Below are positions 38,093 to 47,417 of a DNA stretch of 64,000 nt, one piece after another. The stretch is taken from contig CAZXNT010000001.1 of the NCBI GenBank assembly GCA_964642155.1, positions 83-64,082 on the forward strand, in the 5' to 3' direction. This DNA comes from an uncultured Candidatus Saccharibacteria bacterium. Its GTDB lineage: Bacteria; Patescibacteriota; Minisyncoccia; UBA6257; UBA9933. Position 1 is the stretch's first letter; every line of letters starts with the position of its first letter. A program made the translations under genes and the position numbers. Below the pieces are notes generated by a model that worked only from the letters and a program-made list of their open reading frames with translations, had not been told where the DNA came from and ran no database searches.

Positions 38093-39190
38093 CTATATGT
38101 TTAAATTCCCGTTAGCCGTTAATCGCCTGTTTTTCTTTCTTAAATAATTTATATATCCGGCAATGGCAATTATTACGGCGTTATCGGCGCAAAATTTTTT
38201 TTCTGGAACAAAAAGGTTAATTTTTAATCCTTCATTCTTAATTCTTAATTTCAAATTTTTCTTTAAAGAAAAATTTGATGCCACGCCCCCTGAAATCATA
38301 ATTGATTTAGCATTAAATTCTTTTGCGGCGCGTAAGGTCTTTTTTATTAAAACATCAAAGGTGGCTTGTTGAAAACTGGCGGCTACATTTTCAATTTTAA
38401 CATTTTTATTATCTCGCAAATAATAAAGAATGGAAGTTTTAAGGCCCGAGAAACTAAAATCATAATTTTTTTGGTTGAGCATCGGTCTCGGAAAATCTAT
38501 CGCGTTGGGATTTCCTTTTTTTGCGAGTTTCTCAATTTCCGGACCGCCGGGATAAGGCAAATTCAACAATCTTGCGACTTTATCAAACGCTTCGCCTGCG
38601 GCGTCATCGCGCGTTTCTCCTATTTTTTTATATTTTACTAACGAATTCATTTTAATTAAAATCGTATGCCCGCCGCTTATAATAAGCGCGATTGCCGGAA
38701 ATAAATTTTGAAAATTAGAAATTGAAAATTGAAAATTGACTCTTTTTTGCTCTAGTAAAAAAGAGTAGAGATGGCCCTCTAAATGATTAATGCCGATTAT
38801 ATTAGATTTGAGGTTTGAGATTTGAGATTTGAGATTTTTCGCGAAATTTATGCCGGTCCAAAGCGCCGGTTCAAGTCCGGGACCGACGGTAACGGCAATA
38901 ATATCAGGTTTTAGGTTTTGGGTTTTAGGTTTTAGGTTTTTAAAAAGTAATGGCAAGTTTTTAAGATGTTCGCGTTTGGCCAAATTCGGCACCACTCCGC
39001 CGAATGGCCGGTGAATTTTAATCTGCGACGCCACTAAAGAATTTAGAATATAGAATTTAGGATTTAGAAGTCCGCCTTTCGCTTCAACTAAAGCAATGGC
39101 GGTTTCGTCGCAAGATGTCTCAATAGCGAGAATTTTCATAAAATTATGATGAACTATAAACTTTTTCGCCACGCCCTCGCAGGAGGCCAA
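38093..39190 (-). CDS. tsaD: tRNA N6-threonylcarbamoyladenosine synthase TsaD (Kae1/Gcp family), carrying four in-frame heptanucleotide-repeat insertions
   Basis: ILAIETSCDETAIAL, NHLEGHLYS and ISGGHT motifs. Inserted low-complexity peptides LNPKFYILNSL, KNLKPKTQNLKPD, NLKSQISNLKSNI and NFQFSISNFQNLF. Confidence 0.8.
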   Translation of the reverse strand: MASCEGVAKKFIVHHNFMKILAIETSCDETAIALVEAKGGLLNPKFYILNSLVASQIKIHRPFGGVVPNLAKREHLKNLPLLFKNLKPKTQNLKPDIIAVTVGPGLEPALWTGINFAKNLKSQISNLKSNIIGINHLEGHLYSFLLEQKRVNFQFSISNFQNLFPAIALIISGGHTILIKMNSLVKYKKIGETRDDAAGEAFDKVARLLNLPYPGGPEIEKLAKKGNPNAIDFPRPMLNQKNYDFSFSGLKTSILYYLRDNKNVKIENVAASFQQATFDVLIKKTLRAAKEFNAKSIMISGGVASNFSLKKNLKLRIKNEGLKINLFVPEKKFCADNAVIIAIAGYINYLRKKNRRLTANGNLNI

Positions 39191-39217
39191 ATTTTCGCCC
39201 GCGAAGCGGACCGAATA

Positions 39218-39694
39218 CTATTTAGCAAATGACTTTCTCAACTTTTCGCGGATACGCGTCATCAAAGTTCGTTTCGGCACTAATGCCAATAATACATCGT
39301 TTTTGAGTTTTAAGCCAAAGAATCCGCGAAAAGTGCTCATATTTTCAATTTCCTCTTGTTCTTCAATTTCTGCTTTTAATTTAGCAACTTCATTGAAATA
39401 ATTTTCTCTCTTTCGAACTGTAATATCAATCTCTCGTTGTGTTTCAGCTTTGTCAAATTCTTCTATCTCAAACACCCTACCATACATTGCTGGGAGCGAG
39501 CCCATTTTTTCTTCGAATGCCGCCTCTTCGTTTCTTTCTAGTTTTTCTAATTCCTCTTGAGCGATTTTTCTATTTTTTCTTGCGGCAAGTCGTCTAAGCC
39601 TTCGGTTTTCAAAATAAAGATAGGGGGCTACAAGTAATGTAAAGAGTCCCCCAATTTGACCTGTAATTTGTAAAATTTGTAGTAATTTATCCAT
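39218..39694 (-). CDS. Hypothetical membrane-anchored coiled-coil protein
   Basis: N-terminal TM helix, then a charged coiled coil. Confidence 0.4.
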   Translation of the reverse strand: MDKLLQILQITGQIGGLFTLLVAPYLYFENRRLRRLAARKNRKIAQEELEKLERNEEAAFEEKMGSLPAMYGRVFEIEEFDKAETQREIDITVRKRENYFNEVAKLKAEIEEQEEIENMSTFRGFFGLKLKNDVLLALVPKRTLMTRIREKLRKSFAK

Positions 39695-39734
39695 CTGTCG
39701 GGATTTCTTATCTTAGTTGCATTTTTTCCATATT

Positions 39735-39980
39735 TTAATATTTAAATTTATACTTAAATGGATCTACCGTTCCTTTTTTACCGGTGAATGGATTGTAATT
39801 ATATTTTGAGGAATAATTATCAAATTTAGTTTTATTGGGTGAGGTTTTATAGTATGGCTGGACATAAGTGCCATTGCTTTTAAAATATCCTCTCGCCCTT
39901 GTTGTTTTAGCTTCTGCAAACACTGGTAATGCCAAGATTAGAATAATTGCTACAAAAATTATTATTGTGATTTTTTTCAT
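39735..39980 (-). CDS. Small secreted protein (signal peptide, Y/K-rich)
   Basis: Signal peptide MKKITIIIFVAIILILALPVFAEA. Confidence 0.4.
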   Translation of the reverse strand: MKKITIIIFVAIILILALPVFAEAKTTRARGYFKSNGTYVQPYYKTSPNKTKFDNYSSKYNYNPFTGKKGTVDPFKYKFKY

Positions 39981-39981
39981 A

Positions 39982-41154
39982 TTATTGTATTGAATTTATT
40001 TTATTAAGATATTGAATTCTTAAGGATTCTTGCTCAAGTTGCAAAAGTTCTATTTGCCGATTTGCTTCTCGTGCTAACTCAATTTTTCTGCCTGCTATAC
40101 CAGAAGCTGATATACCTTCCTGTCTAAGATTTTCTGTGTCTTTATAGTATTTCTGATTGACAGCTAGTATCTGTGCGTCAATTTCATTTATTTTTTGTTG
40201 ATATTCAGCGAGCAGTGAATTAACCTGATTTGTTTTATTCTGTTCTTTCTGTAGCATCTGTAATTCGGCTTGGCGAGCCGCTTCTTCTTGCTGTTGATTT
40301 TGTGTGGAATTATCTTGATTGTTTTGGTTAAAAACATTGTCTATGAGGCACTGGGCGTCTCCGGTCGAGGGGCAATAAAATCTTTGTCCTGCCGGACAAG
40401 GTGTCCAATATTTACCATTACATGAAATAGTATTTGGTGGCGCGATATTTGCTGACGGAGATATAGTTGTTTTTTGATGTTCTACATTATTTGTCGCGGC
40501 TGGTGGCAGGGATTGTTTTTGCTGATTTTGAGGTTGGGCTGGTTTCTTTTTTAATTCACTAACTTCATTTTGTAGTTTTTCTATTTCGGATGCCTGCTGA
40601 TTATCTTTTTCCTGCTTTAGCTCCGCTACTTCATTTTTCAACTTTTCAATTTCACCTTTCAGTTCGGCGATTTGTTTCGTGGCTTCTTCTTGGCCTTTTC
40701 TGCTTGCTTCGATTGCCTGCGTGATCGCCTCCTTCGCTTCTTCGGGGACTTTAATTAAAATGGCGGCTAACACCTCTTGATTTCTTGAGTTGTTGTCTAC
40801 AATCGAGTTGAGCAAAGTTTCCGCTTGCCCTTTGTCTTTAACTTCTTTTGATTTTTCCGTCGCCAAAGCAACATTGCTTTCATAGTTGGCGATAGCTGTT
40901 TTAACTGCGTTCGGATTTTTTTCTTCCGCAACGGATTCTATTTCGGCCAAACGCTCGTCAGCGTACTCCAGCGCTTTTTGGGCTTTTTGTTCTGGGTTGA
41001 AAGTAAAGAAAAGACTTATATTTTCAAAAGTGGTATCAAAGAAATAGAAAAAGCTTCCGGGTTTAATTCCGGCACTTGTTACGGCTGAAGCAGGAGCGGG
41101 TAAAGAAAAAACAACTACTAACAACAATACTAATATTGGAAATGATTTTTTCAT
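39982..41154 (-). CDS. Secreted coiled-coil, Q-rich protein with C-terminal Cys motif
   Basis: Signal peptide; long EK/Q-rich coiled coil; CNGKYWTPCPAGQRFYCPSTGDAQC. Confidence 0.4.
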   Translation of the reverse strand: MKKSFPILVLLLVVVFSLPAPASAVTSAGIKPGSFFYFFDTTFENISLFFTFNPEQKAQKALEYADERLAEIESVAEEKNPNAVKTAIANYESNVALATEKSKEVKDKGQAETLLNSIVDNNSRNQEVLAAILIKVPEEAKEAITQAIEASRKGQEEATKQIAELKGEIEKLKNEVAELKQEKDNQQASEIEKLQNEVSELKKKPAQPQNQQKQSLPPAATNNVEHQKTTISPSANIAPPNTISCNGKYWTPCPAGQRFYCPSTGDAQCLIDNVFNQNNQDNSTQNQQQEEAARQAELQMLQKEQNKTNQVNSLLAEYQQKINEIDAQILAVNQKYYKDTENLRQEGISASGIAGRKIELAREANRQIELLQLEQESLRIQYLNKINSIQ

Positions 41155-41170
41155 ATTTTCAGACGCATTA

Positions 41171-41410
41171 TTAATTTTTTATCCATTCTTTTTGTGGGAT
41201 TCCCGACTGTTGGATAATACCCTTTAATGTTCTTGGTTTTAAAACTCTTTTACCATGAAAAGGAATGCATACTTGTCTAGATTGACCACTATAATTGCCA
41301 AAATAGAACATATGACTGCCCTTAGTGTACGTATGAAAGAAATTATATTCTTTTAAAAATCTTACTGCGTCTTCTGCTGTCCAATTGAAAAATCCTCTCG
41401 TCATAATCAA
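41171..41410 (-). CDS. hicA: HicA-like mRNA interferase toxin (YcfA family)
   Basis: 79 aa; KGSH motif in ...HTYTKGSHMFYFG...; size and position downstream of a HicB-like gene. Confidence 0.6.
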   Translation of the reverse strand: MIMTRGFFNWTAEDAVRFLKEYNFFHTYTKGSHMFYFGNYSGQSRQVCIPFHGKRVLKPRTLKGIIQQSGIPQKEWIKN

Positions 41411-41423
41411 TAAAAATTCGCGT

Positions 41424-41765
41424 TTAATACGCTGGCGCTGAAAGTCCTTGTAAAATTTGCTTCATATTGAGAATCCCCGAAGAAAAAACATTGTTTGTTT
41501 GTTTTTTGTTTTCCTGGCTATTTTGCCACATTTCTTCGTATTCGCTATTAGTCGCTTGATTTAAAATGCTGGGTCGAGATTTTATTTTTTTAGCCGCTTC
41601 AACATAGCCGGAAAACGCTTCAAATAACAATAAAATCGCTTCTTGAGGAGTATCGCCCGATTCCACTATATTAAATTCAAGACCAACCGCGTACCAAACA
41701 TTACCTTCTTTAAAAACAAGGTAGCGAACTGACCCTTTTTGTAAAGTATTTTTATATTTTTTCAT
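41424..41765 (-). CDS. hicB: HicB-like antitoxin (UPF0150)
   Basis: VFKEGNVWYAVGLEFNIVESGDTPQEAILLLFEAFSGYVEAAKK fits the HicB N-terminal fold. A palindromic operator lies at 41768-41788. Confidence 0.6.
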   Translation of the reverse strand: MKKYKNTLQKGSVRYLVFKEGNVWYAVGLEFNIVESGDTPQEAILLLFEAFSGYVEAAKKIKSRPSILNQATNSEYEEMWQNSQENKKQTNNVFSSGILNMKQILQGLSAPAY

Positions 41766-41817
41766 ATAATCAATATATAATATATTGATCTAAAAAACAA
41801 TCGGTAAATTAACCTTC

Positions 41818-41892
41818 GTAGTCCCAACGGGATTTGAACCCGTGTTTTCAGGATGAAAACCTGATGTCCTGGACCGAACTAGACGATAGGAC
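41818..41892 (-). tRNA. tRNA-Glu (anticodon UUC)
   Basis: Reverse complement GGTCCTATCGTCTAGTTCGGTCCAGGACATCAGGTTTTCATCCTGAAAACACGGGTTCAAATCCCGTTGGGACTA. The D-arm TCGTCTAG...CCAGGAC is typical of tRNA-Glu; anticodon loop TTTTCAT. Confidence 0.7.
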
Positions 41893-41908
41893 CAAATTAC
41901 ATCTTATT

Positions 41909-43063
41909 TTATCTAAGCTGCGCGTTAAACTGATTTGCTGTTTGATGGTAAATTTTTTTCTGAATTTCGTCAACTTCCAACGAGGTCAAAGTCTTGTCAT
42001 TACTTTGATAAACTATGCGATAAGTATAACTGATTTTATTTTTTCCTCCGAATTTTTCAGCATTTTCATATTTATCAATTAATTTCACTTCCTCCACTAA
42101 ATTTCCGCCGATATCCCTTATTAAATCAAAATAATTATTAGGAATAAAATTATTATCAACCACAAAAGAAATATCTCTTGTTATTGAAGGATATTTACTT
42201 ATCGAAACATATTTATTCCCCAACTGAAGCTGTTTTTTTATTTTTGGATTATTGGACCAAAGTAAGCGGATATCGGGCAAACTCATGCTTATTATCGCCA
42301 GTCTTTCCAAGCCAAAACCAAAAGCCCAGCCATTGTATTCATTTGGGTCAACTCCTAAATTTCTAAGAACATCAGGGTGGACAATGCCAGAACCTAAAAC
42401 TTCCACCCATCGGCCTCCTACTTCTATTTCCATTTCGCAACTTGGATCAGTATACGGAAATTTATCAATGTTAAATCTAAATTTTATTTCTTTACTGAAA
42501 ATAGCCCGAGCAATTTCAGTTAAAACCGATTTCAAATTATTAATGGTAATAATCTCTTTAGATTTCGGAGAAAGATACCAGCCGTCAATCTGATGAAAAA
42601 CATTCATGTGATTTCTATCTATTTCGTCTTTGCGATAAACTTTCCCATAAGAAAGCGCGCCCATTGAAAGTTTATTTTTAATTCTTTCTTTGACTATTTT
42701 TGAATTTAAATAGTAATACCACATTATCGTTGTATGAGTTCGTAAAATATGTTTGTCATCAACATAATATGTATCTGAACGATTTCTTGCCGGGTGGTCA
42801 GCCGGGAAATTAAATAAATCAAAACAAATATCCGCCGAAACTATTTCCGGAGTTTTAATTTCATCAAAATCAGAAAAATGGCTGATATTTTTAATGCGCC
42901 TTACAAGTTCAGACAAAGGGTTTGATTCATCGCGCGTTAAATCAGAATAATTTAAAAAACGAACCATTCTTTGGGCCTCTGAATCGTCTCTTTTTTCTAA
43001 ATCTTTTTTAAATTTACCCTCTTCCTGAGACTTAATTTCAATATATTGTTTTTCCGTACTCAT
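41909..43063 (-). CDS. pheS: Phenylalanine--tRNA ligase, single-chain mitochondrial-like form: PheS class II core fused to a C-terminal FDX-ACB anticodon-binding domain
   Basis: FPADHPARNRSDTYY (motif 2 region), GFGLERLAIISM (motif 3), then KYPSITRDISFVVDNNF...TYRIVYQSNDKTLTSLEVDEI (FDX-ACB fold). Confidence 0.65.
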   Translation of the reverse strand: MSTEKQYIEIKSQEEGKFKKDLEKRDDSEAQRMVRFLNYSDLTRDESNPLSELVRRIKNISHFSDFDEIKTPEIVSADICFDLFNFPADHPARNRSDTYYVDDKHILRTHTTIMWYYYLNSKIVKERIKNKLSMGALSYGKVYRKDEIDRNHMNVFHQIDGWYLSPKSKEIITINNLKSVLTEIARAIFSKEIKFRFNIDKFPYTDPSCEMEIEVGGRWVEVLGSGIVHPDVLRNLGVDPNEYNGWAFGFGLERLAIISMSLPDIRLLWSNNPKIKKQLQLGNKYVSISKYPSITRDISFVVDNNFIPNNYFDLIRDIGGNLVEEVKLIDKYENAEKFGGKNKISYTYRIVYQSNDKTLTSLEVDEIQKKIYHQTANQFNAQLR

Positions 43064-43159
43064 TTTATTAAATTAATATGCCTAAAAGATATATCTTTAA
43101 TAATTTAAATAAATATTATATAATATTTAAGAATAAATACAAACCCCGCGCTAAAAATA

Positions 43160-44857
43160 ATGGAAAATATCAAAGACATCACCGTATTCGCCAAAACAAA
43201 CTTCCGCAATAAGGACCGCTCTTTTGGCATCAAAACCGTTGACCGCCGCCAGCATATGTACGTCATCGGAAAAACCGGCACCGGTAAAACCACTATGCTT
43301 TTTAACGTGGCTCTTCAAGACATTATTAATGGCCGGGGAGTTTGCATTGTGGACCCGCACGGCGAATTCGTTGAAACAGTTATGAAAAGAATTCCCAAAG
43401 AACGGCTTAAGGATGTTGTTTATTTCAACCCGATAGACGCCGAACATCCGATAGGATTTAACGTATTGGAAGTCTCTGACCCGAAATACAAACACTTGGT
43501 GTCTTCGGATTTAATGGCGATTTTCACCAAAATCTGGGCGAATGTCTGGTCAGCCAGAATGGAGTACATTTTAAGTAACTGTGTTTTAGCTTTAATAGAT
43601 ACGCCCGGCACCACGCTTTTGGGCATACCGAGAATTCTTGTTGATAAAGATTATCGCCAGCGAATTATCGCCAATATTAAAGACCCGGTGGTAAAATCAT
43701 TCTGGATAAATGAATACGAAACATGGCGCGACCAATTCCGAAATGAAGCCATTGTCCCTATTCAAAACAAAGTCGGGCAATTTCTTTCAACTTCACTCAT
43801 CAGAAATATAGTCGGTCAGCCGAAAAGCACTATCAATATTCCCGAAATAATGAATAACGAAAAAATCCTTTTGGTTAATCTTTCAAAAGGAAGAATTGGA
43901 GAAGACAACGCCGCGCTTCTGGGAGCGATGATTATCACAAAAATCCAATTGGCGGCAATGGAAAGAGTAAGAATCCCGGAATCCGAAAGAAAAGATTTTT
44001 ATCTTTATGTTGACGAATTCCAAAATTTCGTTACCGACTCATTCGCCAATATCCTTTCTGAGGCAAGAAAATATCGGTTAAATTTGATTATTGCACACCA
44101 ATACATCGGTCAACTGGCGACTAAAGATTCAACTGTTGTACGAGACGCCATTTTCGGCAACGTCGGAACAATGATAATTTTTCGCATCGGCGCCACGGAC
44201 GCGGATTTTCTGGAAAAAGAACTGGAACCGGAATTTACCATTGAAGACGTTGTTAATCTGCCCAATCGCCAGATTTATTTAAAACTTATGGTTGATGGCG
44301 TTACCAGCCGGCCATTCTCTGCCAACACGCTACCACCTCTTGCCGTAACGACGCTCGACAATAATCACGAAGAGGTTATTGAAATGTCGCGTAAATTGTA
44401 CTCTAAGCCAAAACGCGAGGTTGAAGAAGAAATTTCCAGATGGAGCGGATTAGCAACAGAAAGACCAATAATAGAAAGAAAATTCGGTGGCGAAAAAAAT
44501 GAAGGGCGGGAAATTAGAGGAACCAGACCGGCTTTTGGAAGAGAGGGTTTTAAAAAATTTACGCATGCCGGGCATTTGGGAGAAATCGGCATAGAATTTG
44601 AACCGCCACGGCGAAAAACTTTTGGAGAGGTTAAAGCGCCATTAAAAAAAGAAATTTCTTTGGAAGAATTGAAAAAACCTGATTTGGTAAACCCCGTTAG
44701 AAATAGTCCCGCTCAGCGGGACGCGATTTCTAACGGGGTAAAAAAATCGCCGGAACAAAAAGAACCGGCAATAAAAGAATTCGCCAAAAAATCAATAAAC
44801 GAAAATCAAATAGAAGAATTAAAAGATGCCATTAAGAAAGCGATAGAAGGAGCTTAA
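43160..44857 (+). CDS. Soluble VirD4/TraD/TraG-like (type IV coupling protein / FtsK-HerA superfamily) ATPase, paralog A
   Basis: Walker A GKTGTGKT, DPHGE, Walker B YLYVDEFQNF, IAHQYIGQL; no N-terminal TM helices. Confidence 0.6.
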   Translation: MENIKDITVFAKTNFRNKDRSFGIKTVDRRQHMYVIGKTGTGKTTMLFNVALQDIINGRGVCIVDPHGEFVETVMKRIPKERLKDVVYFNPIDAEHPIGFNVLEVSDPKYKHLVSSDLMAIFTKIWANVWSARMEYILSNCVLALIDTPGTTLLGIPRILVDKDYRQRIIANIKDPVVKSFWINEYETWRDQFRNEAIVPIQNKVGQFLSTSLIRNIVGQPKSTINIPEIMNNEKILLVNLSKGRIGEDNAALLGAMIITKIQLAAMERVRIPESERKDFYLYVDEFQNFVTDSFANILSEARKYRLNLIIAHQYIGQLATKDSTVVRDAIFGNVGTMIIFRIGATDADFLEKELEPEFTIEDVVNLPNRQIYLKLMVDGVTSRPFSANTLPPLAVTTLDNNHEEVIEMSRKLYSKPKREVEEEISRWSGLATERPIIERKFGGEKNEGREIRGTRPAFGREGFKKFTHAGHLGEIGIEFEPPRRKTFGEVKAPLKKEISLEELKKPDLVNPVRNSPAQRDAISNGVKKSPEQKEPAIKEFAKKSINENQIEELKDAIKKAIEGA

Positions 44858-45192
44858 AATTTAGGCCTAATTTGCGGAGGAATATTCGGCTTATCGCTTA
44901 TCGGCCTGATTAAAATCAGGCGTAAAAGTTTTAATATCACCAACACTAAAATAAAATATCCCGCCATTGCCGAAAGAGTTGTAAAATCAATTATTCCCTT
45001 CTCAAGATAAACATTTGGAAATATGAATTTAAACGGCGCCGCTATAAAATCGGTTATTTTATAAAGCAATTCCACGATAAGCGCTTTTGAGCTGGCTGCT
45101 AAAAATTTCAAAACTACTCTAACGCCCAAAACAATTTCTAACAAACCGGTCAGATATTTAATTATCGCGGAAATATAATAATATTTTTCCAT
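44854..45192 (-). CDS. Hypothetical small membrane protein (2 TM)
   Basis: ORF; hydrophobic. Confidence 0.35.
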   Translation of the reverse strand: MEKYYYISAIIKYLTGLLEIVLGVRVVLKFLAASSKALIVELLYKITDFIAAPFKFIFPNVYLEKGIIDFTTLSAMAGYFILVLVILKLLRLILIRPISDKPNIPPQIRPKF

Positions 45193-45220
45193 TTAATAAA
45201 TAATAATATATTCTTAAATT

Positions 45221-47086
45221 TTACGCAACCTCCGCTTGATAACACTTCTCGCAGTATACTATCTCTTTTCTCTCGGGTGCATAGGTAGTTTCAAACTCAT
45301 TGCGACAGGGTTCTGTTCCGTGAGTATGAGTAATGGTGTTTTGATAAACTCCGTTGTCTGATTTAGTGCCATTACATTGGCACTTTCTTTTCCATAATTT
45401 GAAAGGGTTTCTTTGTTTGATTCTCTGATAATGACGGCAGTTGGGACATAATCTGGGCAAGGGAAGATTCATTTTACGGTAAAATTCCAGTTCTTGGGGG
45501 ATGATTTTGAAGGCAGTTGTGCACCCCGACGCATCTTGGTCGGGGCTCCGACCCCTTTGGGCGTCGGAGTTGTTCGCGCATTGAATAACTTGGTTTAATA
45601 TATCATCTTTAACATCCTTTATATGATCAGGGAGTTGATCTGATTTTATAGTTATTGGTATGTTCCTTTCTTCCGGGTCTTTCCAGCTATATCCTTGTTC
45701 TATGGCTTGTTCTTTGGTCAAGGGGAAATATTCTTGGGCTATGGTTTCATTATACGCAAACGGACTTAATTCCGGCGGGAAAAATTCTCCATATTTGTAT
45801 ATCCTACCTTTTTTGTCCACATACGGCATAGAATTCATATGTTCTATGATTTGAGTCCTGAGCTTGTCGAAGGATTCCTTGGTATATTGTTTGTTGAGAA
45901 TGCAGTATTTACCTTTTCGCACCATACTGCATCCAAACATATAATCAGATGAAACGACTGTATCGCAATATTGTAAATAATCACCTATCCATGAACCAAA
46001 AGAAAATTTTGTATTGCTAATATTTTCTCCACAATTAATTGATTCATACATTAAAGAAGCATTATTTCCCCAATCGCCATAATCATAACAATCTTTACTA
46101 ATCGGCATATGCGCCTGAAAACAATATTTTAAATTTTCTCCTCCAACAATATCAAATGAATAAAAAATATTTTTACTATTAGAAATATAATCGCCGGAAA
46201 CATTTAAATTTAAGAGTCCATTAGTATTGGGCTTATTTATAGAATTTAACCAAAAATCTTCTGACTTTTTTTTATATTCTCTAATTATTTTAAAAGACTT
46301 AAAATTTAAATTTTCAATAAATTTAGAATATTCTTCTTTTGAATATGGCTTATTAAAAATATGATAATTTTTATGCCTTAAATTTGTACAACTAAAACAA
46401 TTTTGACAGTTTTTAAGATTTTTTGAGAAATAAACATCAATACAATCCAAACAATTCATTGAGAAAGAACACTTATAACAATTTTCGCAATTAAAAAGCT
46501 CATAAGATTTTTGTGTATTAAAAACCCTATAGCAATCCATGGAATCCTGAGATCCCACTATAATTGACGAGTAAGAGCAATTTTCGTTATCTTCGGCTTG
46601 TATTACTAAATAACAATTTTTTAACGGACCGGTATAATTAGTGTATTCGCTATTTATACTGCGTAAATAATCTATTAATAAACTTATCCTTGGAATTTTA
46701 TTTAATAATTCTCTAAATTGTTCAAAAAACGGCTTAGAAAAATCATAATCCCTGCCATAATCTAAAGCATTCCATTTATCCGACAACCAACAAGACGGAC
46801 AATAAACAGGAAAAGAAGTATTCTGGGGATAAACAGCTATTATTAATTTATCACATAAATCGCATTTCCTTTTATAAAAAGTTCTTTCATTTTTGAAGGT
46901 CATTCTTCGTATCAACCTGCACTCCGGACAAAAAGTCGGCGCCGGCACTTGCAGTTTTTTATACATCTCAATATCTTCAATAAAGATATCAAAATTAACA
47001 CTGCATTGTTTGCAAGTTTTACTGTGGGGTTGAAGATTATCTAAAATCTCACCCAACGCTTTATCAAATTGTGGGGTTTTGGACAT
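45221..47086 (-). CDS. Large Cys-rich protein, paralog 1. N- and C-terminal zinc-ribbon-like modules (CxxC...CPxCR...RKC), internally duplicated Cys-cluster / LRNKxYxIxNKQYSKEEY modules
   Basis: See findings. About 50 Cys; conserved termini shared with 48901..50697 and 50722..52371. Confidence 0.6.
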   Translation of the reverse strand: MSKTPQFDKALGEILDNLQPHSKTCKQCSVNFDIFIEDIEMYKKLQVPAPTFCPECRLIRRMTFKNERTFYKRKCDLCDKLIIAVYPQNTSFPVYCPSCWLSDKWNALDYGRDYDFSKPFFEQFRELLNKIPRISLLIDYLRSINSEYTNYTGPLKNCYLVIQAEDNENCSYSSIIVGSQDSMDCYRVFNTQKSYELFNCENCYKCSFSMNCLDCIDVYFSKNLKNCQNCFSCTNLRHKNYHIFNKPYSKEEYSKFIENLNFKSFKIIREYKKKSEDFWLNSINKPNTNGLLNLNVSGDYISNSKNIFYSFDIVGGENLKYCFQAHMPISKDCYDYGDWGNNASLMYESINCGENISNTKFSFGSWIGDYLQYCDTVVSSDYMFGCSMVRKGKYCILNKQYTKESFDKLRTQIIEHMNSMPYVDKKGRIYKYGEFFPPELSPFAYNETIAQEYFPLTKEQAIEQGYSWKDPEERNIPITIKSDQLPDHIKDVKDDILNQVIQCANNSDAQRGRSPDQDASGCTTAFKIIPQELEFYRKMNLPLPRLCPNCRHYQRIKQRNPFKLWKRKCQCNGTKSDNGVYQNTITHTHGTEPCRNEFETTYAPERKEIVYCEKCYQAEVA

Positions 47087-47104
47087 AAAAATTATTCGGA
47101 TATT

Positions 47105-47413
47105 TTATTTAATACACGTCTGCAACCACTCCTTGTATTCCTTATTAACTCTAAAAATATTGATTACGGCTATGCAAGGAAGTATTTTTTGATGATTTTG
47201 TTCGTGAATTAAATTTTCAATCTCCTGCACTTTGGCTTCTACGGTTTTTATTAAAACAGTTATGCCCGGCTGGCTGACCACCCCTTCATCTCCCTGATAT
47301 AAAAAATTTACTCTTGATAAATCAACCGTGCCTGCCAATCCTTTTTCAAGAATAAGTTTGCTTACTTTTTTTGCTTCTTCTTCATCGGAATATGTAACGT
47401 GGATAAATACCAT
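47105..47413 (-). CDS. cutA: Divalent-cation tolerance protein CutA-like
   Basis: 102 aa. MVFIHVTYSDEEEAKK...GLAGTVDL...YKEWL matches the CutA1 fold pattern. Confidence 0.55.
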   Translation of the reverse strand: MVFIHVTYSDEEEAKKVSKLILEKGLAGTVDLSRVNFLYQGDEGVVSQPGITVLIKTVEAKVQEIENLIHEQNHQKILPCIAVINIFRVNKEYKEWLQTCIK

Positions 47414-47417
47414 ATTA

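Noticed and set aside
38700-39075. A CRISPR array or intergenic satellite (heptamer arrays)
   Set aside because: The arrays lie inside the tsaD reading frame and stay in frame. They are 7-nt microsatellites, not repeat-spacer units.
41834-42082. 82-aa plus-strand ORF
   Set aside because: It overlaps tRNA-Glu and the 3' end of the PheRS gene; I treat it as a spurious frame.
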